Notes under the pieces: model-generated
Told to the model about the DNA's origin: nothing
Seen by the model: only the letters and a program-made list of their open reading frames with translations
The model's database searches: none
Part shown: piece by piece, positions 29,701 through 44,600 of the stretch
Layout of the letters: every line of letters begins with the position of its first letter
How positions within the stretch are numbered: position 1 is the first letter of the stretch
Made by a program: the position numbers and the translations under genes
Source: Tubulanus polymorphus
Lineage: Eukaryota; Animalia; Nemertea
DNA length: 64,000 nucleotides
Assembly: GCF_964204645.1 (NCBI RefSeq)
Contig: NC_134029.1
Span: 22,252,950 to 22,316,949 of the forward strand
Direction: 5' to 3'

Positions 29701-32700
29701 ATCACGTGTGTCTGACCACTGAGAGTTAATGATTGGCCGCGCCGACCACTGTTGCGTATAAACTACTCGGTACTTCATCTACTGTAGCCTACTACGCGCA
29801 CCAATCAACGGTCGCTTTTTTCATTTTCCCAAATAATGTCGCGTAGAATATCACGAGCAATAAGACGTATGTTTATTGTTATCGCGACAATCATGTGTGA
29901 AAAGATTAAAATATACGAATATTAGTCTGGTGATATGCAAATGAATTAAACATTCTGACAACTCGATTCATCGTCGATTTGTCACTTTTCATAAATGAAA
30001 GCGCACGCATGAAGCATCCTTGTGGAAAATCTCTTTCCTTAATACGATTACGAAAGGATGGAAGCGTTCAGCGTATTTGCATATTCAAATTAATGGCCGA
30101 TTGCGTGTTATGTCACACATTTCTCAAGGTGGTGCTGAGCAGGTTTTTGTTTTACGTAAAAAGCGGCCTAACTGTAGAAGAATCGAACCGTCGAAGACCG
30201 AACTGATTTTTATGAAAGAATTAAGACTATTTGTCACGTCACTTTTTTAATTCGTCCTCAATTTCGCTGCAGGGTTGCTTTAAGATATTAATCTCGTAGT
30301 GACGACAAATGAAAGAAAGAAATGTCAGATTTATTAAGATCTGTCGAGTACATCTGTTATGAATAAAGTACGATAGTGCATTGTACATGTCCTTTTTGTA
30401 TAACCATTGACATGTCGAAGCGGACTCACAAACTGTCAAGTTGGCAGGGCTGTTTGAATGATTATAATGAATGGACCTCATAAATCAAATATTCATTACA
30501 GCACTGGGTATTTTCGCTAATCGGTAATCAGATCACGATGTCCGTTCTTTATGTCTTATTCTTGAAGATTTTTAATTACGTTTCCGACGCTGTCAAATCT
30601 TTCATCGTTATTACCTGATTATAGCCAAATTCATCGCCTTATTCAAATATTTCGGTTAAGACGCCTTTATGGACTATATCCTCGAGAACATACCGCGCTT
30701 AGTAAGGTGAATTTGAGTATCTCTAAATAATAGTCAATGAAATCAATAAATTGTGATCGTGATACTTCATTCTAAGTGTTTACTACTCACATTTCATAGC
30801 ATATCAATAGATCGCGCCTGAACTTTCCACCAACAGACATTACTTGCGATTAATAAGAATGAGATGCTAAGTTCATTCACTTGCATTCCACTATTAGGGG
30901 ATATAACGGCTCCAGCAGTATATTTAGATTGAAGTCTAGATTTATTCCAACTACCAAGATTTTTAGTCGCCAATCGGAAAAGATTATCTAAGCCTTTTTC
31001 GCTGGAGCATTTCGAGATGGGAAAGACTCCCGGTCTTGGCCAACACTACCACCTGGCCGATTGACCGACTGGAAAAAGGAATCAATTGCTGAATGATCAA
31101 TGATATTTTTGATTTCTCGATTACAAAACAACTTCAAAAATGAAATTATCGAATCTAAATCTTGTACCTGCCTTGCAAATTATTCGAAAGCAAAACTCCC
31201 CGTCGCAGGAAATCTGTCTTTAGAAATTACCCTTGTTACGTCTTTTACGAGCTGTATGTACATTCGGTAGTGTACAGTCACAATACCGAGGCTACTGTAC
31301 ACTCATGATATACCTCCTCTATTATTCCCGCTGATATCTCAATCATCTGGTTAGCATCTTATTCCCCGTCTGACGCTATTTCGTCAGGAGATCCCATTTA
31401 AAAGTAGGCATTCCGCGTATGGAAATAACTATTCCGACAAAATCAGATTTCGTAGGAAAAAGCAGTCTTTCCCTTAGTTATTCATTGCTGCTGAAACACT
31501 CCTGAATGATATAATCAGCAATCGCCAAGAGCAAAGTTTCGTATGTGAAGAATACGGCCAGAATTGATGGCTTGTTAACCAAAATGTCGAACCTTCACTG
31601 ATCAGTTTAACCGCATAACGTCTACCAAGGGAAATGTTGGACAGCTGTCGCGGTCAAACCACCCGCGGCAAGTGAATATTACTTATTGATACGATACGAA
31701 AACAAATATATCTACCTGGAGACGGTTGACATTAAGTACCCAGGGAATACCTAATAAGGACGAGACCCTGACTTTATACAGCTGGAAATTAGAGAAGTAC
31801 AGTTGAACTATCTTGTAAGGCTTTTACCATGATGAGCCGTTATACGGCGATATCGGTTCTCGACAAGCCATCCACAATAATAAACTTTACCTCGACAACT
31901 CATGAAAATGTAACGAGCAGCATTTTTTTCAATGCCGAATCGGAAATATTCACCGAAGCCAATTAAGATCTAAGATGTGCGTCGAAGGAATTACGGCTTG
32001 AAATGCCATTCGGAGTGGACGACAACCCGGTACGTAAACTGGAGCAACACCGATCCAGGACTGATTAACTAGATCTGAGACAAATAGAAAAAGAAATGGT
32101 GACAATATTTTCGAAGGATTACTTTAAAACCTAGTCCTCGTTTTTGTGGTTAAAATCTAACCACCTTGAAAATAACCAAATAGCCTTCATTAACAGTAAT
32201 TGTATCTACTTGAAATTCTCTATAATTTAATCAACGGACTTTCACGAACGTTTCGAATCATTTCATCTGCCGTTTTTGCCATTGTCGAGAAAGCAATAAT
32301 TTGAAACGAACGTCGTCGATCAGGGCGACTTAAATTCGAGTCACGTCCACGATTGATAGACGAATGTTGACCACCTTGACTAAACATCCGATAGAAAATT
32401 GGTATTTACATTTAACGGAATCAACGGAAGTCGACATAAATCTATTAAAGAGGCAATGTTTACGATGCGTAGGCGTGTGTCCGCGAATTAGTCGATACAA
32501 TTAGCTAACGTTGTGCTTTTAAAAAATATTCCAGAACTTGAGAACATAAATTTTACTTCTAGACGCCGTTTAGATCGAATTCACTTTGAACGTTATAGCT
32601 GTGGTTGATGTACTACGGGAAGGTCAAGGCCGACGCCATTCGGAATCTCAACTTCAACGAGTTGGGAATTTTTTCACATGTGCGAAATAATTCATGAATA

Positions 32701-35700
32701 AATTATTAGAAAGTTTAACCGTAGACGTGTCTATTAACTTAAGAGATTGGGCATTCAATATTGGTACATATACGTTCGTCGTTTCAGGTTCAGTGAGAAA
32801 AATACGCGTAGACAGAAATTAATATACTGGCAATGTCGGTTAGGTTGCGTCCAAACTTCACAGACCCCTATGTCCCACAGATGTTCACAGATACCATTCA
32901 CTAAAACCATTGTGGTTACATTGAAAAACAATTTGCAGGAATCTATCCGCGAACATTTAACCTTTTTGTATTCCTAGTTTAACTCGTATCATGTTATTCA
33001 GTGTGATAATGGAGTCGGCATGGACGCATTTTATGACATCATCTACCGCCGCAAGAAACAAATAGTAATGCTGGTCGGTACGTCCTGTTCGTCTGTGACG
33101 AAATATCTAGGAGAAATCGTCCCTCATTGGAATTTAGTTCAGGTAAGAGACAACGACCTTAGATAAACCAGGTGGAATTCTGACTATTATACCACTTTCT
33201 AAGGCTGCCCAAAATGAACAAGTCACTGTGGCTGACAGTGATAGCTATCAGTAGCGACGTTAACAGCATGTCTCATTTTTACGTTTCTATTCAGATATCA
33301 TACGCAGCCACGAATCCTGCCCTGAGTAGCCGAGATAAATATCCGACGTTTTTCCGCTTGGCTACGGCTGATTCGTCTCACAATCTAGCCCGGATGCTGT
33401 TTATTCAGAGATTCGGCTGGGATACGGTGGCTACTCTGACAGAGGACGCGGAGACGTTCACATTGGTAAGCTCCTAACGTAATGCGGCTATTACGCTTAC
33501 CTACTTTAAAGTGATTAAGTATGAATTCTGAGTACAATCCATGAATCCGAGAATATTCTAAACCGTATCTGTATAGTAATAGATAGTATCTTCCGGAGAT
33601 TCGAGATGGTTTAACTCTGTCAATGGAATTCTCCAGTGCCTTAAACGAACTAAGTGAAATATGCAACACGGCAATTGAAGATGATATCGACCCTTTTACG
33701 ACTTGTAGAAATTCTACAGTTTTCAAATGAATATTTGATAGACATCGACGGGTTATGCATATTTTAATCTACGATCTTTTATCCCTCGACTCGCGCAGAA
33801 TGAACACGTTCTAACGAGTTTCCCGTCGCGCTAATCCCGACGATAAACTATTCAATCGCTACGATTATTGCCATTTTCTTTAACAATTTTGTCTCTGAAT
33901 TATTCATTGATGAAAACTCAACTGGTTTCTATCGGCTGGGTGTCGGGCAGAGCAGCAACGATGCAGACGATCCTTCGGGGATTTAAACTAAAGTGCCGCA
34001 AATCTCGTCGGATTTCTATCGAGGCACATCTCCGCGCAATAACCCGTTTTATGAGCGCGGGTTCACTCGATACGATGCGATTCGAGCTAACAAAAGACAC
34101 CCGCAATAAAATCATGAAATATGCTGCGATCAGTTGCCCGTACACACGATCCTCGCTAAAACGGACGACGGTTTGATTACCGTATTCTTGAAATCGGAAC
34201 TCCTAATTCAGAAAATAATTGACCGACGTCCCTAAGATTTACGTGACTAGGCAAATATACATAAGTCGACGAGTACAAAGCATTTTTTTCGTCGGTAGCG
34301 TCTCAACATTTATTCCTATAGAAAGCGCTCAGCGCGGACACATCTGATTGCTCGTCCCTAAAGAAGGGTACGAACGTAATCACTTTACTGTCTAGCAAAC
34401 AACATAATGAGTTTCTTGCCCCCGTCGATGCGGCGGTGGTTGGCAAAAACATCTAGAAAATTGAGAGGTTCTGTGCCGGGGAAGCTTCGTCATTTCACAC
34501 GAGTGAATATTATATTACAGGCAATCAGCGATATGAGCAAAGATTTCAGCAAAGCAAATATCTCGGTGAAAGCTTCACCAACATTCCGTCCCCGAGAACG
34601 CCGAGACCTGAAACTCAAAATGGAGGATCTCAAGGTATGTGTCAGAGAAATTATGCCGCGGTAATAAATCTAAGAAATATTCCCCACGTTTAGTCTCATA
34701 GTTACTGAATAAAAGTAGGGGAACCGCATTAATCTGTTGTTGAATCAGTGAAACGTAGAGTAAGATAGCACTTTTTAGGTTAACTAGTTTTATTCATGAT
34801 AAGAGCTTTCGCTACTAATGTACTATACATTTATAATGAAAGCTCTTATCTTAAAAATAACTTGTTAACATATAAAGTACTATCTGTCTCTAGGTTTTAC
34901 TTACTGAATAATTTGCAACTGATTGAATTATATCATTGCGCGCGATACCCTTACATTTTTAACGTGAATGAAAAAATTCCTTCATGAAAATAGAAATAAC
35001 AGAATTAGTAAAATGTAAAATGTGTCTTTGCTTTCAATAAATATCGCAGGTACCCTAGATATGAAAGCATGTTTTTCTGAAAGCAATTTTAGTCCGTTGT
35101 ATCGTATTTTCCGCCTGACGTATATACCTGACGTGAATCTTACTTAAAAAAAGGTCGCAGCTTTCAAAATCGACGTCTCAACGCACCAATATCGGTTATT
35201 AAGATTTTATAGGCGCAGGAATTGATACTTGTTGCGCGCGAGTACATTTTTGTATCTGAAGCCATCAATAATCGGAAAGAAGATTAAACCATACGTGGTA
35301 AGAATCCGAAAACCTTTCGACGGTTATCGGCGAAGCGATCACTTCTGAAATGAAACCTTTGAACGAGTAAATCATCCGGCGCCCGATGCTAGCGTTATAT
35401 TACACAGCGCCGATAAATTATACGATTAAAATCCACCATTATATCGCTATTTGCAATTTTTCATTGCTCGAAATAGTCATCGATGGTTATGATTTTGTAC
35501 CCGCGGCGTCGCTATATTTCTCCGAGGCGCTGACAGGAACACGACCCGCGATGAATGAATCGACAGTAACCGGTGTTTGGCGGTGAATTCTGATCAGTAA
35601 TGTACAGATAGCTTTTGTCGCTGTTTCCGCTCCCAGGTCATTAGAGCACCGTCAGTAAATGAATCACACTAATCAGCGCGCTCATAAAATGTCGACTTTA

Positions 35701-38618
35701 AAATTGGGAACAATCGAATGATTTCCGCAGCTCGACGCGCCGCCGAACTGCGGATTATCGGTGGCGGGTCGAGCAGGCGGCTTTTTGCTTAGGACTGTCG
35801 CTTTTTTTGCTCGTCGAGTCGATGGGAATAATTCCTTCTGTCGGGTGCAAAATTGTTCGTTGTCAGAGGTGACCGAATCACTTACATATCACGATACGAA
35901 TTAACCGGTGCATATGAACTAAACTACGTGATGAAATAAAGATATCAGGTTTTAGCCTATAAATGCTTATTATACAGAGTTAGAGCAATGAAGATAGTTT
36001 TTTTTCTCTCTTAAAGGAAGCTGACGCGAGAATAATTATTGGTAGTTTCGGCGAGGATGCTGCTAGGCAAGTGTTTTGTGAGGTTTGTTTATTTCCCAAA
36101 TTTTCCGCGCGATTAAATGTTATGTTGTTTTTGTGTAAGATGAACGCGTCGCCTTAAATAACGTCGTCGATGTAACGACGAATTAAATTCGCGACGAAAG
36201 TGGGAGGAACAAAGAGCTTCGAACGAAGAACGATTTTGTTTGATCTGTTTGTAAAGAAATTATCGTAAAAATCCGAAGTAATTCGTCGAGCGAGATTTGA
36301 ATTCATAGAATGACGTCTGAAGTGGGTATCATACGACGAATAACCGGCGTGTTTTATAATTAGGTATTAGCCCGACAGTTTCTTCAATCCGACGTATGAA
36401 TATACACTACGGGTATAATTCGATGATCTTAGGCGATGAATCGAGCCGTCATTCGATTATTGTTTCGTAATTGAAGTCGGAAGACTTATTAATCGCATAC
36501 ACAGTCAGTCAATTATACCCGAGAGTTTATACAATTCTGCCAGATTCATTCTGACTGGCGCGATGCATCGGTTACTGATGATCAGCGCAGAAGCTTTTCA
36601 CGAACACACGAATCAAAGCCCAAGAACTCAACCACCGAATTATCAAACTATTCATGCGTATATGACGGTGAATTCTGAAATTGATATTTCCACTTGACAG
36701 TCGGGCATCTTCCGACCATTTCTCTTGTGTTACACTCTTTTGATGTTGTTCTTCGTGTGCCATTTTGAGGATGAACGAATTTAACATCGTTTGTATTCTA
36801 GGCGTACCAGCAGAAGTTATACGGACCGAGGTACGTGTGGTTATTGCTGGGTTGGTACACGGACAGTTGGTGGAGAATCGGCAATGAGACAAACTGTACC
36901 CACGAGCAGCTGACTGAAGCCGTTGAAGGACATTTCACTGTAAACAGTCTGAACACACTACTCGGCAATAAACGCGGTATATCTGGAATCGTAAGTTCTT
37001 TTTCGAAAAACCTGAAAATGTTATAATATCCCAGAACATGGCGGGGCTACTTATTATATCTTTTCGCCCACAAACAGCCCCTCTGCGGTCCCCACCAAGA
37101 TTCAGTTTAAACAGAATATTCCCGTGCACACTAACTGCCATAACCCCACAACCAGCAATTTCGAAATGAATCTACGAACTATTCAATTTTTTTCGCAGAG
37201 AACTCAAGATTTCTACGACGAATACGAGAAAAACAATTTACCCCGTCCACTGAGCCCTTACGGACCACAGGCATACGATACAATATGGACTATAGCTCTG
37301 ACGATCAAAGAAGCCATGACATATACACCTATAAAAATCGAGGATTTTTCGTACGAAGATATCGCAATAACGGAAAAATTCATGAATATCTTATCTCGTA
37401 TCGACTTCGATGGAATATCCGTGAGTTAAATAAGATTCATCTGTTAAACATACATTCCAAAAATCGGTGTTTTCTGAACAATTGATTCCGCTTTTAATTC
37501 GAATATACGTCAATTAGAATCCCAGTGTTAATATCAACACAAAACGGTGTCGAAACACGCCGAGTATTTGACGATTATCGACAAACGAGTTAAGAAGCCA
37601 CTCACAACGGATTCGATTAATATTTCATTATTCAGCAGACGACTTATCCGTTAGTAGCTCATTCTGAAAAACTGCAGGCTAATAGAGCAGTGAAATGGCC
37701 ACCACATCTGATTTCTAGTATGTTTGACCATGAATAATGGATACGAAAAATCCGACTTGTCGGATCGGGTTATCGCTGATTCGAGAACGTGATGAAGAAA
37801 ATACTTTCGTTTCGAAAATAACTGGAGCTTTCATTTATCTTCGCGAAGAGAATTTGTAGAAACCTAATCTTCTATTGTAGGGTCCTGTGTCATTCAACGG
37901 ACCGGATAGACGTGGTATTACTGTTCTGAAGCAAAATCAAGGTAAGGAAAAATATCGTCGCGATCTCAAAAGCATTTTCCAGATACCAAGATGACGAACT
38001 TATAAATCACATTTGCTACCGATGCACTTTACGTCTGCCCCCATAGGCTATAGGAGCTTAGATCATGATGCCCTGATAATCGTTTATCAAGCAGGCCACC
38101 TGCCAATGATTATAAGTGAAATTACCTTCAACCACGACACGAGTTTACGCGGACGTGCCATTTTGCATTAGTAAACATATCAGGATATATAATCAATATG
38201 CATTACAAAATTCTTCCCAGTCACTTGCGATCCCGGTATAAATTGCGAATAAGTTACTTGATTACAACTGACATAGCCGACTGCAAACACGGTGACAAGA
38301 CACTTCTTCTGAAGTTTCCACAAAGGACATCTACAACATTAATTACCAAATCGACTGTATGTAACCGTCGTGTTACAAGTACAGTATCCTCTTCGCCGAA
38401 CCACGTAGGCGTATACTTGTCTTTTCACCGTTGGGAAAAACATCACCGGCACCAAATGGAACCGTCTTCTGTCGCGTGATGAATGTATGGATTTCTCCTA
38501 AAAGATCTCGCCGGAAAAAAAAAACCATCGACCATATGCGCTATACCCGACAGATCGCCGGTGACTTTTCATTTGCATTCGAGAGAATCCCCGCTACAAG
38601 TCGTGGCTATTGCTCGGT

Positions 38619-38654
<36 letters not shown>

Positions 38655-41600
38655 GAACATGAATTTTAATAATTTTCATTATGTGCTGTGCAATATTACG
38701 AAATATCTGAATGTGTTAGCGTTGACTGATGGTGATCTATATACTTGGCGACTTTCCATGTGAAAAATTTACTTTTCGATCAAAGAATCCATCAAACATC
38801 GTGGATGGCGAACGTCTGCCGCTTCGTTGATCGTCGAGGTTCCATTGCCGATAGATTTACTGTGTGGCTGACATTACCTACAATCAAAGCTACGCTACAT
38901 CTTTGATGTCAAATATTAAAACCATCACTGACGATACCAGCATCAGACTATCGGATCCAGGCAACAACTGCGATGCGGTGCTACTCGCTTCCATTACCGT
39001 CGCCTTTAACCTCGCTCGCCAGAGCCTACGAGCGCATACCCCGAAATCTAAGCGGTATTATTGTGCTCGTTTATTGCGTCTTCAGTCGACAAGGACCCTT
39101 CATATGTGTACCGTAATTCCATTATCACATCCTCACTTACTAAATTTGTCTACGTTCTTGCAGCCTCGCTATTTGCTAAAGTGTCGGATATTGCAATTCA
39201 TCCCTTTTAAGGCCGGAGCAGAGGTTGGCCCTTTCACGTCATATTGCTTGACAGGAAGACGTGTGGGAATTGATCAGTATAGCGTCTCGATTTGAGACTT
39301 GTTATCCGTTGGAGAATTACGGATTGACGGCGTAAATATTTCCCGCCAGATAATCCGTTTTGCCCGTTCGCTTTGCACCATACTGACACATAGTCGTGGT
39401 GAATTTAATATAATCTGTGCGGTATGCTATCAGAGATTTGCCTCTGGCTTACCGATCACTATCTAATGCCCGATTCCAATCTACCCGTATTTTTATCGAG
39501 CATAAATGCTACATATTACCAATCAAGACATGGGCGGAAATTACCAGCAGATCGGCGCAAAGATGGCCGACAAAAGACAATTTGATCAAATCTCCAGAAA
39601 TCGCCACGACAAGAACGGCTAATCACCCGCGATGACAGATTACGATAATGACGATAATGTCCAGTGTGTTTGTCTGAAATATTGATAGGTTGCAAATACA
39701 CGACAGTCCGTAATAATACATCGGAATAACTATAACTAGAAATGGAGAATAATCCACGTGACGCTAAAGTACTTTTCATGACTCAGACACAAACACGCAA
39801 ACGATGACAGTCTTGATTTGGCGTCCATCTTGATTTTGCAGCGTGGTTATTTCCATCGCGAAAAGAAGACGGAGATCGTGTTGCCGGTGGATTTTTATGA
39901 TCGTGTTTATAGCACGCTTTAACGTTCAATTTCTGTTATTTGATCTCGGATTTATATCGCTGTCTCGAGCACTAAAAGGCAGTTCTCTCGAACAGACAGA
40001 AAACCTGCGATAATCCGTAGATTGTAACTTCTATAATTCCACTGTCGCCACTGTTACTTTCGTCTCTGTTCTTAGCGCACTCGATCGTTTTTGTCCGGCC
40101 AGATGATGGCGAAGTCAGACATGATTCACGGCTAAGGCAAGCCGCTCAAAACAAGCCTTATACCCTCTGACCCTATATAAGGCGAGCCTTTCTCTAGGTA
40201 TAAATTATAACATCCTCTGAGTAAAGGCGAGCCTTTTTATAAATGTAACTCCTAAGGCAAGATAATAACAATGATACTCGTCACCAGACTTGAATTTACA
40301 ATATTGTTCGTAATTCATTCTTCTAGGCGGTCAAATGGTTCGCATTGCTATGTGTTATCCGGATAACGACACGCTGGACTTTAACTGTTCGGGATGTCAA
40401 GTCATCCAATGGGGAAGAGGTATGATGCATAATTGATTCACTTCCTCGCCCGATAAATTTCAAAAGAAATCTTAGAATTGTGAAAATTTAGCTTCTCGCG
40501 TATCAGCTTTCCCGAACGAATCCTTTCAATGACGGTGATAAATCCATTACCAGTAAGATGAAAATATTGTAAAATGTAATTGGATTAGGCGCTATTGAAA
40601 TAAACCAATTTGTCACCCCATTATGTGTGCACCTTTGAATATTTTGTAGAGGGTAAAATTCCTGTCGATGAGATCATCGTTCAGTTACATATGAAAACAA
40701 TCAATGACCGCGCGTTTCACATCATTGTCGGGGTATCAACGGCAGGTATTGCGATGGCGATCTCATTCTTATCCTTCAACATATTCTTTAGAAAACTTAA
40801 GTAAGTATCAATCAATCAATCTAAGAGATCCCATGTATGGCCCCCTCCTAATTAGCCGGTCATAGATTTAAGAACTGTTGAAATGAGTTAAACTGTTAGC
40901 CCTGGCACTACCTTAAAAACCCAAGATTCCATGTATGACCCTGGTCGGTTAGAAGAAAATCATGAAGTAGCTCTCCTCGAAATTAGAATTTACTTCTTTG
41001 ACCCTAGGGGTCATATGACCCATGGCCAGAACGTAGCTCGTACGTTTTCTATCAACACATTGGGGTCATATTTGGAACACTGGGCTTCAAGGTTGGACTT
41101 TTTCAGATTATGAAGTTTCTCTGTAAATATTTAGGTAATCTAAACTTATAATGAAGCAGCCTGGGAGTCAATTTGGACCCATCCCCAAGAACTATGTCGA
41201 TGTGAAAATATTTCCAAAACTGATATTGATTTGTCATATGGGACACAAAATATTAACTAAAAAAAAAATATGTGCAGTTTCTCCTACTGCCAGATATATG
41301 CTTCGGTTCCCAACGAATCAATGAAACAAAATAAACGGCAATTTACATTTGTATCGTTTTGTATCGTTGATTTTTTAGATATATAAAACTATCCAGTCCC
41401 AAGCTGAATAATGTAGCCGTAATTGGTTGTATACTGGTTTATAAAGCCGTCATATTACTCGGGTTTGACGATAGGAATTTATACGCTTCTACATTTCCCG
41501 TATTCTGCACGGTTCGTATTTTCATTATGAACACGCGACGAAATCACTTGACGACATCATAATTTCATGTGCGGCTCTCAAACATTTCAGGCGCGAGCGT

Positions 41601-44600
41601 TTCTATTCGCAGCAGGGTTCTCACTATCGTTTGGTGCAATGTTTACTAAAACTTATCGTGTCCATCAAATATGCTCAAGGGCCCATAGTGGTCTCGTCAA
41701 AAGTAAGGTAAGTTAATTTCGTTTTCATCTAAGCCTAGAAATATTAGTTTTGTACCCTCAATTGTATAGAGTTTAACAATCGATACAATAACGTATAGTA
41801 GGCTTATTCGTGGCACTTGTGTAACGGGGAGACGACATCGACCAGAAGTTTATTGGATGGTGGAAGAAGTTGATATCACCACGCAGTAAACCCTTTGACT
41901 GGCAATAAACATCAGAAACTCATTAATTTCTCATTAACTCTTAACGTAATTCGTTCTGCAACACGCAGTTACGCGAAAGCTTCTTAAGACCTTAAAAATG
42001 AAACATAGTGAGACTCTTACAATTGCGGACTAAATGCAGGAGATGTTTGTTTACGAATCAATAGACTTCTGCACAGTTTTCCTCATCATTTCGATTACCT
42101 TGGTTGGAAATGAGTCAATTAGTTTTCTTTTTCATACACACTAATTGACTTTCTTCTATACTGGCAGTATTAACATAACATTATTTCAATCGGTTATCAG
42201 TTATTCGTTGTACAAAGAACAAACATCGCTTTTTCTTAATCGAATCATTTGTGAATACACCGGCTAAATATCCCCGGGGATCCGATCGTAATGCAAGCGG
42301 TAGGAGAATAATTCAATCCATATCCGCGTGTCCTTGGTCGCGGAATCTGCGGCTCTGACGACAAACGGGTCCCTAGAGTTGTATGAAATATCCAAACAAA
42401 TATTAAGTAGCGTTGTTAGAACCAATTCAAAGCCAACCCTCTCAGAGTATCGCAATAATTGCCACCGCAATCTACGCGTAAAGCTCGTTGATATTGAGTT
42501 GGATCTATGTATGGCTTATTTCTATCGTGGTTTCAGTTACTTAAAGACAAGCAACTTCTCATCATTATTGGTGCCTTACTCCTTGTCGATACTCTGGTTA
42601 TTTGTGTTTGGTGTCTTGTTGATCCTATGCATAGACAAATACTCAACTTCACCAGGGAGGTAAGTAGCTGTTTAAGAAGGTTTGTCCCGAATCTAGTCTA
42701 AATGCAATATTTCAAAAAACCAAGATCATTTCGATATCATTACAAACCAAATCTATTCCTAATTTGATTTCTATATCTGCAATTTGAAACTTGATTTTAG
42801 GATTCTCCAGATGATCCTGACGTAAAATTTGTTCCCCAAATGGCGCGTTGCCATTCGGTTCACATAGACAAATGGACGGGCGGATTTTACGCCTATAAAG
42901 GATTATTGCTCATTTTTGGTGTTTACATGGCCTGGGAAACGAGACACGTAAAAATACCGGCACTGAACGATTCGCAGTACATCGGAATGAACGTCTATAA
43001 CGTAGTTGTGACCAGCGTTATAGTAGTCGCTTTATCAAACATTCTATCGACGGAACCGACGGTGGCGTACAATTGCGTTTCAGCATTTATCATCTTGTCA
43101 ACAAGTGCTACATTAGCTTTACTTTTTATACCGAAGGTAAGTCTCCGTTTTACCGGTTTTCCAGTTCATTCAAAACCAATTTGCGACATCTCCGCGTACA
43201 CACTGCGACGGGAAGAGAAACTGCTTGCGTAAACCTAAACGATTATGTACGAATAACGTGAACGACGTCAATTTGACTCTGTTTTCAATGATTTTTTTTC
43301 TGCACATTTTTTATGCTTTCAGATTTATACTATTATAAAGTCGGATGGCAATCCGGTGATAACCACTTCCGGTTTGATGGTCGAGGCAAACACCAGACGA
43401 TTCGCCGTCGACGAAAAACGAGAACTATACTACAGAGCGGAAGTACAAAATAGAGTCTATAAGAGAGAACTGATGGAGGTAGATTGAAACTATTCGATAT
43501 CGCATAAATTCGACTTAGATTATTTCGGACGCACGGACGGATGAATGAATGAATTTTTTATTTTGCAAAATAAATTGTTACATAATTACAGGATCATAGG
43601 ATGAAATTACAATATGCACATACCATACACACACATTAATACACATATCATCTTGGAGTAATCATTCGAAATCATTTCAAATGATTACTCCAGGATATCA
43701 TACAACATATAATAGATGTAACGCTATAAATTGCGTTGAGAAGCTAAAAGCTTATACGGGTCCTTATCCCTCTAGATACGAACACGCGCACACACACCAC
43801 ATACGCACAAACATATACCATGCAGACGTTACTAAGCAAGAAAATGGGAACGGAATGATCAAAACTGTACATTTTATGGAACGAGATTTTTGGAAAAGTC
43901 CTCCAGTCGTATTCTACAATATCAACTACCATCGACTGAGAGTGTAACATTACATTGCGTGGTAGTAGATAATGAAGTTTGGCTAATAAAATGCTTAAAG
44001 CGAGATATTGTAGTTTAGCTCTGCCAGTACTATCATTTGTAAGGATTACCACAGGCGCTGAAATTCTCATTAGTTGACTGTAGATTCTTCAGTCACCGCG
44101 CGTCAAACATTCATTGCGTTCGCGTCTGAGTAAACCCCGTTCTCGTCACAATGTAGCATCATTTATTTTTTTCGATGGTAATAGGATATCTTCAGACTGA
44201 ATAGTTGCTGATAACAATTCAATATATGGTCGAATATCTTAGAAAAGTCTATTCGTTTTTTTTTCCAGTTGGACCAAGAGCTTACGCGTCTGCAGAAGTT
44301 ATTGAAACGACCTTCATCTCCTTACACTAGCAACATGCTGTTTTCACCGGATATCAAGAAGAATGGTCGATCCCCTCTTACAGGAAGACACATGAAAGGC
44401 GACGAAAAACGACCGTACGTATAACGGCATTACCATAACTACGTTCAACGAAATTAGCCGTAAAATAAACCGTATCCAAATTTGAAATAAAGCGGAAACT
44501 GGCAAATCGTGTTATCACACATGTAGCTCAGTTTCTAACGAAATTACAGCAACAAACACAATTTTCCAATGCACGAGATATCTCATTTTCCTGCTAAGGA

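Noticed and set aside
38864-39295. 143-aa intronic ORF and similar short ORFs across the receptor introns
   Set aside because: Non-ATG or weak starts, no recognisable domains and no consistent splice chain.
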